Source of the DNA: Macrostomum lignano
Lineage: Eukaryota
NCBI GenBank assembly: GCA_002269645.1
Contig: NIVC01000521.1
Coordinates: forward strand, 248,001 to 312,000
Length of the DNA stretch: 64,000 bases
Direction of reading: 5' to 3'
This document shows positions 63,801-64,000 of the stretch, piece by piece. The notes below the pieces were generated by a model. That model was given only the letters and a program-made list of their open reading frames with translations, had not been told where the DNA came from and did no database searches. The translations under genes were made by a program, and so were the position numbers. Positions within the stretch are counted from its first letter, which is position 1, and each line of letters starts with the position of its first letter.

Positions 63801-64000
63801 GGTGGGGGAGCGGGGGTGTGGGGGCGGCAGCCCCCACGTTTCGCAAACCCCCCAACAACAACCACCCTCCCCAACAACAACGCGCGGGAGGGGTGGGGGA
63901 GCGGGGGTGTGGGGGCGGCAGCCCCCACGTTACGCAAACCCCACAACAACAACCACCCTCCCCAACAACAACGCGCGGGAGGGGTGGGGGAGCGGGGGTG
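60803..64000 (+). mobile_element. Fifth Helentron-like unit (type B), opposite orientation, runs off the window
   Basis: Begins CTAG-TTGTGGGACGATG at 60803; colinear with the reverse complement of unit 4; same 98-aa and 69-aa spurious ORFs. Confidence 0.9.

Overview
Eukaryotic (invertebrate-animal-like) repeat-dense DNA with no prokaryotic features. A flatworm such as Macrostomum is a guess from recalled TE families, not established. Order along the window: mariner relic (1.7-2.3 kb); RTE-type RT fragment; a Mag-like Gypsy LTR element (from 5200) split by a near-full-length RNase H-bearing LOA/Lian-type LINE (7754-12718, 11-bp TSD); a 19.6-kb foldback element (13830-33433, 630-bp TIRs, 8-bp TSD) carrying a 17.8-kb head-to-tail A-B-A-B concatemer of a non-coding Helentron/Helitron2-like unit; an intact intronless gene (35980-37050) for a helical protein with a hydrophobic hairpin, coiled coil and polybasic-Cxxx tail, with two decayed paralogs (54.6-55.6 kb, 57.2-57.4 kb); a 93-bp satellite; a second LOA LINE; a P-element; an intact IS630/Tc1-superfamily DD33E element with 468-bp TIRs; a TRIM-like mini LTR element; a Crypton tyrosine recombinase; and a fifth, inverted Helentron-like unit running off the end. 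The most novel-looking system is the rolling-circle-like family: every junction and both visible 5' flanks share one CTAG, an internal CTAG delimits a 214-bp mini-unit, and the 52-bp minisatellite inside the units is itself a hairpin+CTAG terminator mimic. HDV-like ribozyme folds sit at the 5' ends of both LOA LINEs. Many single-base frameshifts may be long-read errors. All alignments and folds were done by eye.
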